From Octopus vulgaris (Eukaryota): DNA of 64,000 bases. Position numbers and translations under genes: made by a program. Under the pieces are notes generated by a model, which worked only from the letters and a program-made list of their open reading frames with translations, made no database searches and had not been told where the DNA came from. Below, piece by piece: positions 39,161-54,788 of this stretch. Location of the stretch: NCBI GenBank assembly GCA_951406725.2, contig OX597826.1:61442001-61506000 (forward strand). Direction: 5' to 3'. How positions within the stretch are numbered: the stretch's first letter is position 1; each line of letters opens with the position of its first letter.

Positions 39161-39905
39161 TTGTGTCAGCTACAAGAACGCAGAAACTAAACTGAGTTGT
39201 TGGTCCACAGAACTCTGGTAGATATGAACGAGATTACAGAAGTAATTGAACTCCCGGATGCGAGAAAACTAAATGTAACAGTGGAGGGGCGACCCATCAC
39301 TTGCTACGGGTGTGGACAGAAGGGGCATATGAAAAAGAAGTGTCTCCAAAGCCCAACTGAACCAAGCAACGAGGAAGAAATCCTGTCGGAACACGAGGAT
39401 GTAGCAGAAGCAGAAAATTTAAGTGAAGCAGAAACAACAGAGACCAAGGGAGAGTTCACTCAAGTGACCAGAATGTGAAATAAGGGCGACTCGTATCCGA
39501 AAGCTTCCAAAAGGAAGAGGAAAAAGAATTTTAAAAATAGCGGAGATAGAAAGTGACACATCTCAACAAAGCAACAAAAGGACTCCCAGCGTGCAGAAAA
39601 AGGAAGAAGAGCAGACCACGGATTGGAAGGTAGAATATTTTCTATTATACAAGTCAAATGAAGTGACTGAGAGAACACTATTGATAGAATTAAAGACGTA
39701 ATAGGAGTAACGTTACATGCATCCGAAGATAAATATATCTTAGGAGACATAAAGAGATTTAGTTTCTTGAAAAAAATATCACGGAGATACCATTCGTATA
39801 ACGCCAGAGAGGGTGAAGTATAAATATTTGTCCCAGTAGTAAGATATGAAGATATATACTTGGTTATGATAACATGAGTTACAGACTAATAATTAATTGA
39901 ATTGT
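39160..39905 (+). mobile_element. L1/Tx1-like ORF1 relic with CCHC zinc knuckle
   Basis: VTVEGRPITCYGCGQKGHMKKKC followed by acidic/basic low-complexity sequence. Confidence 0.7.
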
Positions 39906-40079
39906 AAAGAACAGTAAACGCAATTTCTTGAGGGTGGGGCTCAAGCAAGGACGTACATCCTCATTTTGTATATTTATCATTTTCATTCATCGTTATATGT
40001 TTTTTATCCCCACTTGTACTGTCTAGTCTGTCCTTCTATCGTCCTCACTGTGTTTCGGGCACTTGTGCCTAATACAGAA

Positions 40080-42110
40080 AAAGAACGCGTTTTGGTAGTC
40101 ACGTGTTGAATTGTTATCGTTCCAGATAGGTTATCCTTTGTTGAAGGTCCTCCCTAGCGGGGTTGCCGACTGTTGGAAATGTTAAACCGCTGTTGTATTG
40201 TTTGCTTTTGTTTTGTTTTCTCCCCTAGGGAGGCGAGAATAGCATGAGTAATGGAAGTGTTGCAAACACGGAGCGGGAGCTGCGCTTCAGTAGCAGGTTG
40301 AGACAATGTTGCAGCTAATATGAACCAACTTGAAGTCAAAGAAGCACATGTCCACTTTGAAATAGTTAGAAGCAGCAAGAAATTAATCCAAAGAGAGAGG
40401 TCAAGATTAAAATTGACCCAGCCGGAAGATATAGCAAGAAATAAAAAGGAAAAAAATGGTGGTTTATAGAACCCTATAACGAACAAGCAAGAAGATAGAA
40501 ATGACTAGCGAGGAAGCAACAGAAAAGTGCTTGAAAGATATAAGAAGGAATATTGAATTTTACTGCAGGGGATGAAAGTTTTGGCACAGTGGATGTGCGC
40601 TTCTCTACTGTGGAGGAGGTAGTAAAGTGCTCCACTGTAACATTGAAAACAGAAGAATGAGCACTCCTGCTAACATATCTCGGTAAACGAGTGGCGAGAG
40701 TGAGGATTGGCAGGGTGTCCTCTGAGATTAACGAGATGTGTCTGCTTGCAATTATCTTAATAAAAACAAAGAAGGATCCAGAAGTGCTACGGTTAAGCCG
40801 CACCAAACAACTGAACTGATGGGGATATGGCCTGGAAGTCATAATCCAGGCCACCTCACTGGACTTACAGGAAATTACCGAAGAGACAGAGTTACCAGAA
40901 GATGTGGAGCTGCGAGTGGTGGTGGAAGGAAGACCACTCACCTGCTACCGCTGCGGAAAGAAGGGCCACATAAAGGCGAATTGTCCCCTTCTTAACAACC
41001 AGGCACCAGCAGAGGAGATATAAAAAGAAAATAATACAGACTAGAAATTAAAGGAAAATACGGAAGAAGCAAATGTAGAGAGCAAAGATGGAGTAAAAGA
41101 AGTACAAAATAGAAAGAGGAAGAACATTCAAAAACCTTCACTCTGAAGAACGCAAAAAAGAAGAAGAAAAAGAAGGAAGTAACATACAAACCACACACTG
41201 TATATCACATTACGGCAAACACACAAGAACATCCCAGACGGCCCAGAATCTCCAGTTAAGTATACACATGCATGCACAGACAGCACAGCATCTCCAATCA
41301 AGTATACACAAGCACACACAGACGGCCCGGAATCTTCAGGTAGGCATACACAAGCAAACACAGACAGCACGGAGTCTCTAGTTGAATACACACAATCAGA
41401 CATACAAGCATTACAGAATAATTATAAACATAGGGCATATCTAACGGACTACTGGACGAGCGCTAAAATTGCGGAAAAAATTGCAAAATTGAAGTCGGTA
41501 ATAAGAATTGTAGAGGAGGACAATATACTCGCACCAGGCATGGATTGTATATTAATAGACATAAAAAATTGGAGGCGCAATGGCCCAGTGGTTAGGGCAG
41601 CGGACTCGCGGTCATAGGATCGCGGTTTCGATTCCCAGACCGGGCGTTGTGAGTGTTTATTGAGCGAAAACACCTAAAAGCTCCACGAGGCTCTGGCAGG
41701 GGATGGTGGTGATCCCTACTGTACTCTTTCACCACAACCTTCTCTCACTCTTACTTCCTGTTTCTGTTGTACCTGTATTTCAAGGGGCCGGCCTTGTCAC
41801 TCTCTGTGTCACGCTGAATATCCCCGAGAACTACGTTAAGGGTGCACGTGTCTGTGGAGTGCTCAGCCACTTACATGTTAATTTCACGAGCAGGCTGTTC
41901 CGTTGATTCGGATCAACCGTAACCCTGATCGTCGTAACCGACGGAGTGCTTCCAGACATAAAAAATTACGAAAAATTAAAGGCAAGCTTTGACGATGATT
42001 TTAACCTACTAGGACGGGAGGTAAGGTATGATTATCAGCCACCTGTGATGGAATTTGAACAATTGACACCATACTTTACATATTAAGATAAATTAATTTG
42101 ATAAACGTTG
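40080..42110 (+). mobile_element. Second L1/Tx1-like ORF1 element (degraded), no RT seen, interrupted by a SINE
   Basis: VVVEGRRPLTCYRCGKKGHIKANCP at ~40915-40990; internal ~33-bp repeats at 41215-41405; A-rich end. Confidence 0.7.
41571..41953 (+). mobile_element. Young full-length tRNA-derived SINE with 14-bp TSD
   Basis: A box TGGCCCAGTGG, B-box-like GTTTCGATTCC; TSD AGACATAAAAAATT at 41557-41570 and 41954-41967. Confidence 0.93.
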
Positions 42111-42149
42111 GTATAAAAAAAATAGAAAAAATATAGTTATATATATTTT

Positions 42150-42437
42150 TTTATTACCTACAAGGGGCTAAACATAGAGGGGACAAATAAGGACAGACAA
42201 ACGGATTAAGTCGATTACATCGACCCCAGTGCGTAACTGGTACTTAATTTATCGACCCCGAAAGGATGAAAGGCAAAGTCAACCTCGGCGGAATTTGAAC
42301 TCAGAACGTAACGGCGATCGAAAAACCTATTTCTTTACTACCCACAAGGGGCTAAAAACAGAAGGGACAAACAAGGAAAGACAAACGGATTAAGTCGATT
42401 ATATCGATCCCAGTGCGTAATTGGTACTTGATTTAAC
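42150..42437 (-). mobile_element. Two tandem or nested truncated SINE copies
   Basis: CAAGGGGCTAAA..GGACAAA..ACGGATTAAGTCGATTA repeated; same family as 57676-58022. Confidence 0.75.
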
Positions 42438-42479
42438 CTCTGCTGCGTAATTTATATATTCAATGTGTGTCAAGGATAT

Positions 42480-43562
42480 AAAAGTGGCGACAAGATATTC
42501 GAAGTTTGTGTCGGACGTTTAGATTCTTTTTTGGTACGAAAGCAAAGAAAAAAACCCATTAACATGGAAGATTGGTTGGCACGCGGGGTGCAGATGCAAC
42601 AACAACAACAACACCAGCAGTTACAACAGCTACAACGACAGCAACAACAACAATATCAACAGTTACTGAAAATAATGCTTAAGAAGTCTAAAAATACTTC
42701 AGGTTCGTTCTTGTCAGACAGCGTAGCAAATTCAATTGGAGAATTTATTTATAACCCAGTATAAGGTACTACTTTTTCTATATATTTTAGAAGATGCGAA
42801 GAAATATTTAAAGAAGAATGTAAAAAACTGGAACGACGAGAAGAAGGTTCGACTAGTTTTAAGAAAGTTATCCCCTGCCGAACAAGAAAAATACTGTAAC
42901 CAAGTGAGATTCGTTTCGATGAAACAGTTAATTTGTTATCGAGAATTTTCAGTGAATGAAGTTCCCTGTTCAATACTCGTTGGCAATATTTAAATTTACG
43001 TAAATCCTCGAGTATAGTCCGCCCTTGAGTATAATACGCAGGGGATTTTTAAGGGGCTGTACCTCTGAAAAGCCTAAACCTTGTGTATAATACCCCTTCT
43101 CTAACTTGAGTCAAAGAGGTCTATCTAACGTCCTTGGTTTGTAAAACTGTATACGGTAACGTCCTTTATTATTATTGTATATATAACATAATACAAACAT
43201 GTAGCATTTTTGTGCATTTTGTTTGCAGAAAATAAAGAAATAACAGTAATAAAGTTTAATAAATGTTGCTTACTGCAAGTTATGGAGGATTCTTTTATGA
43301 CTTCATTGCTTTCAGGTTTAGCTTAAGGTATTTTCACGCCCGACATCACAAAATGCGTCTGAATAAACATAGCCAGACAGCAAATAGAGACTCGGACATT
43401 GCTTAGAAAATAACTTTTATTTTTAACCTCGTATATAGTACGCACTAAGGATTTTGACATTTAAATTTTGGGGAAAACTGCGGATTATACACGAGGATTT
43501 ACGGTAGTTAAAAAAGATGAAGATTTCGTCACCTATGCTGGGGTCATTAATAGAGAGTGTTT
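42480..43562 (+). mobile_element. Gypsy LTR-retrotransposon gag fragment, interrupted by a MITE
   Basis: PBS-like TGGCGACAAG; poly-Q gag N-terminus, SIGEFIYNP, YFRRCEEIF, KKVRLVLRKL, SSLFNTRW; resumes after the MITE as KKDEDFVTYAGVINREC. Confidence 0.75.
42999..43504. mobile_element. Tc2/pogo-like MITE
   Basis: TA|CGTAAATCCTCGAGTATAGTCCGC ... GCGGATTATACACGAGGATTTACGG|TA. Confidence 0.8.
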
Positions 43563-44690
43563 TGGTAGTGTTTTGGTATATATATACGTACAAACACACA
43601 CACAGATGAACATAAACACACATACACTTGTATCATTGCATATATAATCATACGTATATATATACGTGTATATATAGAAAAAAAGGGGAAGGGAGAATTG
43701 AGTAGATGAAGAATGAAGTAATAAAATTTTTGATGATCATTTTAGGAAGAGAGAGAGAGAGAGAAAGAGAAAGAGAAAGAGAGGAAGAAGATAGATTGAT
43801 AGAGACATACATGCATACACATCTACATATGTTGAGGCATACACTTCCAGAAAAGCTTTCGTCAACACTATACGCTATACATTATCGTTAATCTGTTTCA
43901 TAATCGGTTTCGTATGAGGAGGAGGAGAGTAAGAAGAGGAAGTGGGTAGGAGGGGGATAGGTTAAGAGGAGGAGAGAATAAGAGGAGATGTCAAACCGGG
44001 TCTTTATTAACCAGAAATGAAAAGGAAATCGCCCTTTTCTTCTCATATAAATCGTCATACACAACGTTAAATTTTGTTTGAATGAACGTCATAATTGTCG
44101 TCACATTTCTACAGTAAGCATTGCAATATGGCTTAGGTTTAAGCATCTAGTCACTTCTTCACTTCTCAGCTGAAATATTTTTTACATAATCAATGCGATT
44201 TCTATATATAATCTGTTTCATAATCGGTTTCGTATAAGGAGGAGGAGAGTAAGAAGGGGATGTGGGTAGGAGGGGGGATAGGTTAAGGTGGAGGGAGAGG
44301 TTAAGAGGAGGGAGAAAATAAGAGGAGGATTAACGGATTAAGCACATATTCTCTCACTTCATTTCTCTTGTCTTAAAATTTTAATACTCAATCACCTGGA
44401 TTTTTGGAACGATGGTGCGGTTACATTCTAGCCTTAGCCACCGTCTTCTGGGTAGACACACACCAGGTGGGAAGCTTAATGTGAATTCAGATCGATTCAT
44501 TGACACCGCTCTTGCTTTATTTACATCCGTAAATTAGCGTTTCAGTAAAAGAAACAGACAGAATAAGTACCGCGCGCTTAACCCCACCACCAAAAAAAAA
44601 AAGTACTAGGTTTCATTTGTTCGACTAAATCCATCAAGGCAGTACCTCAGCATGGTTGCTGTCCAATGACTGAAATGAGTAAAAAATAAA

Positions 44691-45191
44691 CGATGGAATA
44701 ATGTATTCTATGCACTCGCAAACGTATCTCTACATTTCATTAACAATATATATATGATATATATGATAGATCGTTAGCTACTACACACTTCTTTTCTCCC
44801 CTTTTTTCTCTCCTTCCTTTTATTTTTTCTGTGTACCTTTCTGTAGAAGAGCGTAGGCTCGAAACGTAAAATACTTTTTCTATTCCTGAGCGCTATACTA
44901 ATACATCTGTTTGTTTGTACACCACCTGCCTTCCTCTTTTGTTTATTTTCGTAAACTTTCCCTTTATATATATATATATATATATTTAACAATTCGTGAT
45001 GTGTTCAGAATCAGTTCTGCTGAGGATCATAAGACGTAAGTTAAATGTGAAATCACGGTGATACAGAACTAAATTCATTTTTTAAATATCTTGCTTTGAA
45101 GAACTGCATTTAGGTATGATTAATGTAATTTTGGTAGTAATGACTTTGTCCCCCTTAGTGTGAGGCATTTATGTGTATTAATGTCCTCTAT

Positions 45192-45223
<32 letters not shown>

Positions 45224-46122
45224 CGTTGCAGAAGGTCATGAGGAGATAAATTTACGCGGCAGGACGTCAACCTGTAATTATGCTAAACATTCAACCACAT
45301 CTCACAGTATCATATTCTATTGGACGCATCTATTGTACACAAAAGCACACACACACAAATGCACAAACACACGTACTCGCGCCCACAATAACCTGATTTT
45401 ATTTCTGTATACGCTAGCAACAGCAGACCAAACAAGATCGAAAAAAAAAAAAAAAAATAGAAATAGAAAAGCAACAAGAACCATAAAGATTTCATCTTTT
45501 TTTTTTAATATTTTGTCTTTCAGAATAGTAAATAAGAAATAGTGTAGTTCTATATTTTAGAGATGAAGAATTATGTACATTATTCACATTCGACGGAAAT
45601 TTGTCCTCATCTTGTTTCGATGGAATAATGTAATCTATGCACTCGCAAACGTATCTCTACATTTCATTAACAATATATATATGATATATATGATAGATCG
45701 TTAGCTACTACACACTTCTTTTCTCCCCTTTTTTCTCTCCTTGTTTCTCTCCTTGTTTTTTTTCTGTGTACCTTTCTGTAGAAGAGCGTAGGCTCGAAAC
45801 GTAAAATACTTTTTCTATTTCTGACCGCTATACTAATACATCCTTTTGTTTGTACACCACCTGCCTTCCTCTTTTGTTTATTTTCGTAAACTTTCCCTTT
45901 ATATATATATATATATTTAACAATTCATGATGTGTTCAGAATCAGTTCTGCTGAGGATCATAAGACGTAAGTTAAATGTGAAATCACGGTGATACAGAAC
46001 TAAATTCATTTTTTAAATATCTTGCTTTGAAGAACTGCATTTAGGTATGATTAATGTAATTTTGGTAGTAATGACTTTGTCCCCCTTAGTGTGAGGCATT
46101 TATGTGTATTAATGCCCTCTAT

Positions 46123-46165
<43 letters not shown>

Positions 46166-47170
46166 GTTGCAAAAGGTCATGAGGAGATAAATTTACGCGG
46201 CAGGACGTCAACCTGTAATTATGCTAAACATTCAACCACACCTCACAGTATCTTATTCTATTGGACGCATCTATTGTACACAAAAGCACACACAAATGCA
46301 CAAACACACGTACTCGCGCCCACAATAACCTGATTTTATTTCTGTATACGCTAGCAACAGCAGACCAAACAAGATCAAAAAAAAGAAAAGAAATAGAAAA
46401 GCAACAAGAACCATAAAGATTACATCTTTTTTTTTAATATTTTGTCTTTCAGAATAGTAAATAAGAAATAGTGTAGTTCTATATTTAAGAGATGAAGAAT
46501 TATGTACATTATTCACATTCGACGGAAATTTGTCCTCATCTTGTTTCGATGGAATAATGTAATCTATGCACTCGCAAACGTATCTCTACATTTCATTAAC
46601 AATATATATATGATATATATGATAGATCGTTAGCTACTACACACTTCTTTTCTCCCCTTTTTTCTCTCCTTGTTTCTCTCCTTGTTTTTTTTTTCTGTGT
46701 ACCTTTCTGTAGAAGAGCGTAGGCTCGAAACGTAAAATACTTTTTCTATTCCTGAGCGCTATACAAATACATCTGTTTGTTTGTACACCACCTGCCTTCT
46801 TCATTTGTTTATTTTCGTAAACTTTCCCTTTATATATATATATACAGAAATAAAATCAGGTTATTGTGGGCGCGAGTACGTGTGTTTGTGCATTTGTGTG
46901 TGTACACAAAAGCACACACACACAAATGCACAAACACACGTACTCGCGCCCACAATAACCTGATTTAATTCTGTATACGCTAGCAACAACAGACCAAAGG
47001 AGACCGAAAAAAAAAAGAAATAGAAAAGCAGCAAGAACCATAAAGATATCATTTTTTTTTTAGTATTTTGTCTTTCAGAATAGTGAATAAGAAATAGTGT
47101 AGTTCTATATTTAAGATGAAGAATTATGTACATTATTTACATTCGACGGAAAATTGTCCTCATCTTGTTT
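44691..47170. repeat. ~928-bp tandem triplication; third unit rearranged with an internal inversion
   Basis: CGATGGAATAATGTA(T/A)TCTATGCACTCGC at 44691, 45618 and 46547; each unit has a hammerhead-variant motif. Confidence 0.92.
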
Positions 47171-49540
47171 GTTGTTAACACAACGTTTCGGCTTCTTCAG
47201 GTGTTTTGGAGAAATTTCGTACCTGGGTTATCATTCCTAAGGTTTTTTCGATGTTATTCTTATTGTTCAGGTCACTGTTTGGAATCTAACTCGGAATCTT
47301 GGGGTTAGTAGCCCGCGCTCTTATCCATTGCGCCATATGCCCGTGGGTAATTATGGAGTGAATTTTAGGGCTTATAAATCTAATATTTTCCCATCTGCTG
47401 CTCATATCTGCACTCAGTCTGCTTAGGAGATTGTTGTGTCCTAGCATATGTGCTGCTTCTTTTAGTTTTTGTATTTCCCCCTGGTGTTCTCTGTCTATTA
47501 TTTTAACTTCATCCCACAGGGGGAGGTGGTCTCCATTTTTCCATACATGATCAGCTATACCCGATTTATAAATATCTACTGGTGTCACAGCTTTGTGATG
47601 TTCGTCTACTCTTATTTTGAGGGGGCGGCATGTTTCGCCTTTGTATAACCTGCCACAGCTACATGGGATGGGTACACGCAGTTTTTGGTCATATTCTCTT
47701 CTAATGGTGGTTTTACTCGAAGGAGATATTTGCAAAGTGTTGTATTACTCTTGAATACTGTCCTGATGTCATGTGGGCCGCATATATTTCGTATCTTTTC
47801 GGAGAGGCCTTTCACATAGGGTAGACAGACTATGGACAGTGTATTGGCATCATCCTCTCTCTTCTTCATAATTGGAGTGGATAGTATACTTTTGGGGTAG
47901 TTGTTGCTTAACAGATTGTTATTGAGCTTGATCATTTCTTCGTGGTGTATATCACGATTGCTACTTATATTCTTTGCACGATGTTTTAGGCACTGAGCAA
48001 TCCCTCTCTTTACACTATATGGATAGTGGGAATTGAATTTGAGGTATCGTCCAGTAAAGGTCGGCTTGCGGTATACGGATGTCCTGAATCCATACTTGGT
48101 GTGTGTTATTAATACGTTCAGGAATGCCAGCTGATTGTCTGTTTCCTTTTCCATTGTGAACTGTATGGATGGCTTTATTGAGTTCACATGATTTAACAGC
48201 ACTTGGACATCTTCCTGGTAGGGCCATAGTATAAATGTGTCATCAACATATCGTAGCCGTAGTGTTGGTTTTAGTGGTGTTGGGGCTAAAGCCAAATTAT
48301 CAAAGTATTCCATGTATATATTGGCTATTACCGATGATAATGGCGAACCCATAGCTAAACCCTCTTGTTATCGATATATATCAGTGTCCATACTGAAGTA
48401 GGTAGTTTCTACACAGAAGGTCAACATTTCCATCAAGTTTCTTTTTGGTATGCTAGTGCGTTCTTTTAGATGGGCGTCTGTCACTAGTTTTTCTTGTATC
48501 ACCGATAGTGCTTCACCAATTGGGACTTTGGTGAACATGCTTATCACATCTAGACTCACCATCTGGTTGGATTCAATGGGGGTATCCTTGATCAATTCTG
48601 TGAAGTGGGTGGAATTCTTCACGTACGATGTTGACTTTCCTGCTAATGGACTGATTATATCCAGAAGGAAACGGCTCAGTGGATGACATGCTGAACCTCT
48701 ACAGCTCACTATAGGTCTTAATGGAATACCATCCTTGTGAATCTTAGGGAGACCGTACATGTGTGGTAGTTTACTGTGGTGTTGAGTCAATTGTGTAAAG
48801 TGATCCTTGTTCTTGATGTGTTACAACTTTCTCTCTGTAGCTACCATCACTTTTAAGACTTTTAAGACTTTAAAGAATTTTTCCGAGTAATCAGACTTGT
48901 TCATCACCACTGCAGCATTTCTCTTGTCTGATGTAAGTATTATGTTGGAATTGTCACTCTGTAGTCTTTTGATAGCGAACTTTTCTTCCTTAGTGATGTT
49001 TGGTTTAGGAAGTTTTGCTTTTTCTAGTACCTGTCTCACATTCCACCTTAGTTCATCTCCCTGAGCTTTTGGTATCTTTATGGCTATCTCTTCAATAGGG
49101 ACTATTATATCCAAGTATGGAATACGCTTGATGGTTGTCGCAAATTTGAGACTTTTGTTCAGTACTGCTTCTTCAGAGCTTTCTAGATGTCGGCTACTTA
49201 CATTAATTACTGCTTTCACAGGTGGGTGACGGATTTCAGTCTTCATTCTCTGACCTTTGAGTTTCATCAACTTCTTAATCTGGCGTGTCTTCACCATTTC
49301 AAATTCTTTCATGTACGACTTTTCCAGATCTTGTTAGATTCTCTTTCTATCATCATCTCTGGTTATTTTCCTAAATAATGAAGATAAACTCTCTTTGATT
49401 TCGTTATTTAGTTGATATTTTTTCCAACAGTTGTAATGGATCCTCTCACGGACGAGGGCATGTCCCGCCTTTTCCACACAGTATATAGCCACAACACACC
49501 GTAGGTAATCCCAAACAAGCCTACTTACCTCCATTTTCAC
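47120..49540 (-). mobile_element. Near-complete Penelope-like element (RT + GIY-YIG), frameshifted
   Basis: MYGLPKIHK..PLRPIVS, SLDVISMFT, MGSPLS, RYVDDTF, FLNV, LYKGETCR..RVDEH..KEAAH across ORFs 47286-49312. Confidence 0.93.
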
Positions 49541-49838
49541 TTTTAATCTTTAACTTAGCCCCCATCTTATTTTCAGGATCACAATCATTTAATACTACAT
49601 ATATAAACATACTAGCGGATACATGTATGTGTGTATAAATGTGTGTACAGGTATTTTATGTATGCATGTATTTGTATGTGGGTATATGTAAATACATATA
49701 TATGTGTGTATGTGTGTGTGTGTGTATGTGTATATACACATATATATGTGCGTATGTATGTATGTGTGCGTGCATTTGTATATACAATTATATATGAATG
49801 AGTGTGTACATACATACATACATACATACATACATACA

Positions 49839-49900
<62 letters not shown>

Positions 49901-49944
49901 CGTATGTATGTATGTATGCATGTATAAATATATATACATAGGCC

Positions 49945-50103
49945 TAGAAATGGCTGAGTGGTAAGTAGCTTGCTTACGAACCACATGGTTCCGGGTTCAG
50001 TCCCACTGCGTGGCACCTTGGGCAAGTGTCTTCTACTATAGCTTCGGGCCGACCAAAGCCTTGTGAGTTGATTTGGTAGACAGAAACTGAAAGACGGCCG
50101 TCG
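49945..50103 (+). mobile_element. tRNA-derived SINE head
   Basis: TGGCTGAGTGGTAAG, GGTTCAGTCCC, core CCTTGGGCAAGTGTCTT. Confidence 0.85.
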
Positions 50104-50105
50104 TA

Positions 50106-52371
<2,266 letters not shown>

Positions 52372-52399
52372 CATAAAAATATATGTATGTATGTGTATG

Positions 52400-52601
52400 C
52401 ATATTTTTGCGTGTCTGTGTTTGTCCCCCACATCGCTTGACAACCGATGCTGGAGTGTTTACGTCCCCGTAACTTAGTGGTTCTGCAAAAGAACCGATAG
52501 AATAGGTACTAGGCTTACAAAGAATAAGTCCTGGGGTCGATTTGCTCGACTAAAGGTGGTGCTCCAGTATGGCCACAGTCAAATGACTGAAACAAGTAAA
52601 A

Positions 52602-52605
<4 letters not shown>
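52400..52605 (+). mobile_element. SINE body/3' part
   Basis: GCTTGACAACCGATGCTGG...GGTGCTCCAGTATGGCCACAGTCAAATGACTGAAACAAG. Confidence 0.8.
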
Positions 52606-52636
<31 letters not shown>

Positions 52637-52663
52637 TTTTTATATAAAAAAATATATATAAAG

Positions 52664-52703
<40 letters not shown>

Positions 52704-52738
52704 GTATAAATAAATATATAGGAATAAATATATATATA

Positions 52739-53989
52739 TCGGGTTGGCAACTAAGTTCCTGCCGTTTTTTAAAATTTAAATCTTTTAAAAGGCTTAATAA
52801 AAAATAACAACTAATTAATCAACAATGTATTCACCCTTGTTGTTTACAACTTTTTCCTAACGTTCAACAGAATGTTCAGTACCTCGTTGGTAGAAATCAC
52901 CCAATTTCATCTCGTAAAATTGATCTAGCTCTCAATTCTGCGTCAGTATTGAACGAAACTCAGCGCATAGAACGAAAGAGGTGGAAATCCGTTGGTGCCA
53001 AATTAGGAGAGTACGTCGGGTGTTGCAGCACTTCCCAACCATGCGTTTGAGTGGCTTCTTTGGTCATATTGGTAATATGAGGGCGGGCGTTGTCGTACAG
53101 CAGAAGAACTCCATGCTGCCGATTAGGTCTTTTCTCTTGAATACCCGTGTTGAGTCCTTCCATCTGTTGAACATAGAGTTCCGCGTTGACCGTTTGGTTC
53201 CGCTCAAGCAATTCGTAATGGATGATTCCTTCCCAGTCCCATCATACACACAACATAGTTTTACGCAGATTAAGAACTTGTTTCATGCGCGGTGTCTCTT
53301 GTTTACCGGAGCTAGGCCATTCCTTACGCTGCTTCATATTGATGTACAGGCACCATTTTAGTCGTCAGTAACGATTCGGTAAAGAAATTGTTGTTTGGGT
53401 CCATGAGTTGAGCGGTGACGAGCAAGGAAACCAGCGGAGATTGTGGCTCGTTGATTTTTGTTGTTGTAACTTAAAGCATACAGAACCCATGCTCCATTCT
53501 TCTGAACCTTTCCCATCAAGTGAAGATGCTTCTCTATAGCAGTGTGGGAGCATTCTATATTCTCTGCCAGTGCCCTTATCGTTTGATGAGAATTTTCGTG
53601 CAAAAGTTGGTTTAATCGCTCTTCAACAAATTCAACTGGACGGCCAGAACAAGGTGCGTCTTTGAGATCAACATTTTCATATTTGAACTTCGCATACCAA
53701 TCACGAGCGGTTCTTTCAGCTATGGCACCCTCTCCATACACAGCACACATGTCGCGAGCACCTGTTGCGGCCTTATAACTTTGATTAAAAGCAAAAGAAG
53801 GTGTCGAAAATGCTAGTTTTTCTTCACTTGACGTTCCATTTTAATGATGTGAAAATAAAAATTAACTAGAATTAACTAGAAAAAAAAGCAACAAATCAAA
53901 TAGATTCCAAAATGATTAAAAATAGAATTCTCGAAAAAAAATAGATTCCAAAATTTAAAAAGGCGGCGGGAAGTTAGTTACCAACCCAA
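52739..53989 (-). mobile_element. Full-length mariner, degraded
   Basis: TIRs TCGGGTTGGCAACTAAGTTCCTGCCG / CGGCGGGAAGTTAGTTACCAACCCAA; WVLYAL, VTDD, YDNARPH, YSPNLAPTDF. Confidence 0.92.
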
Positions 53990-54132
53990 TATAAATACAT
54001 ATGTATAAATAAACATATATATATATATATATTAATAGACACACACATATATAGATAAATATATCTAAAAATATAAATATGTATATAAATATATATATAC
54101 ATATAAATATGTATATATATATATATATATAT

Positions 54133-54653
54133 ATCACAATCAAGGAACGGCCATAATAGGCCATTCACCCACTAGAAATAACAGCCAAAGCTTCAACCGC
54201 AAAATAACATTAATTCCGTAAACCAGGAGAAAATTAAAAAACATTTACCCTGTAATTTCTTATACGATGCACCGTTTCATCTACTGTTTAATGGTAAACT
54301 AACCTGATTAAATTAAATCAAGCCAATCTTCCATAGGCCCTTAGATTCGTCAGTAAGAAATAGCCAGATCGGAACAGATATTTTCACGAGGCATTTCTGT
54401 GAAAATATCTGTTCGATCTGGCTATTTCTTACTGACGAATCTAAGGGCCTATGGAAGATTGGCTTGATTTAATTTAATCAGGTTAGTTTACCATTAAACA
54501 GTAGATGACACGGTGCATCGTATAAGAAATTACAGGGTAAATGTTTTTTTAATTTTCTCCTGGTTTACGGAATTAATGTTATTTTGCAGTTGAAGCTTTG
54601 GCTGTTATTTCTAGTGGGTGAATGGCCTATTATGGCTGTTCCTTGATTGTGAT
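54133..54653. repeat. Near-perfect palindrome, ~255-bp arms, 11-bp spacer (inverted Penelope-type pLTR)
   Basis: 54133-54387 is the reverse complement of 54399-54653 with few mismatches. Confidence 0.93.
54256..54360 (-). ncRNA. Type I hammerhead motif with large loop II
   Basis: TTTCTTA-CTGACGA-ATCTA...TAGAT-GAAA-CGGTGCATCG-TA-TAAGAAA. The mirror copy at 54425-54529 (+) has GAAA changed to GACA. Confidence 0.72.
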
Positions 54654-54752
54654 GTTGAACTTAAAAATGGTCTATGACTATTTAATTTTTTCCCACTAGG
54701 CCGCTGGTGGCAAAAAAAATTCTACAAAATTTTTGCCACCCTATATTGATTG

Positions 54753-54788
<36 letters not shown>

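Noticed and set aside
41571-41645. tRNA gene
   Set aside because: tRNA-like head continues into a SINE body bounded by a TSD; the same applies at 20056, 33500 and 49945.
42564-42764. Poly-Q host protein
   Set aside because: N-terminus of a degraded Gypsy gag.
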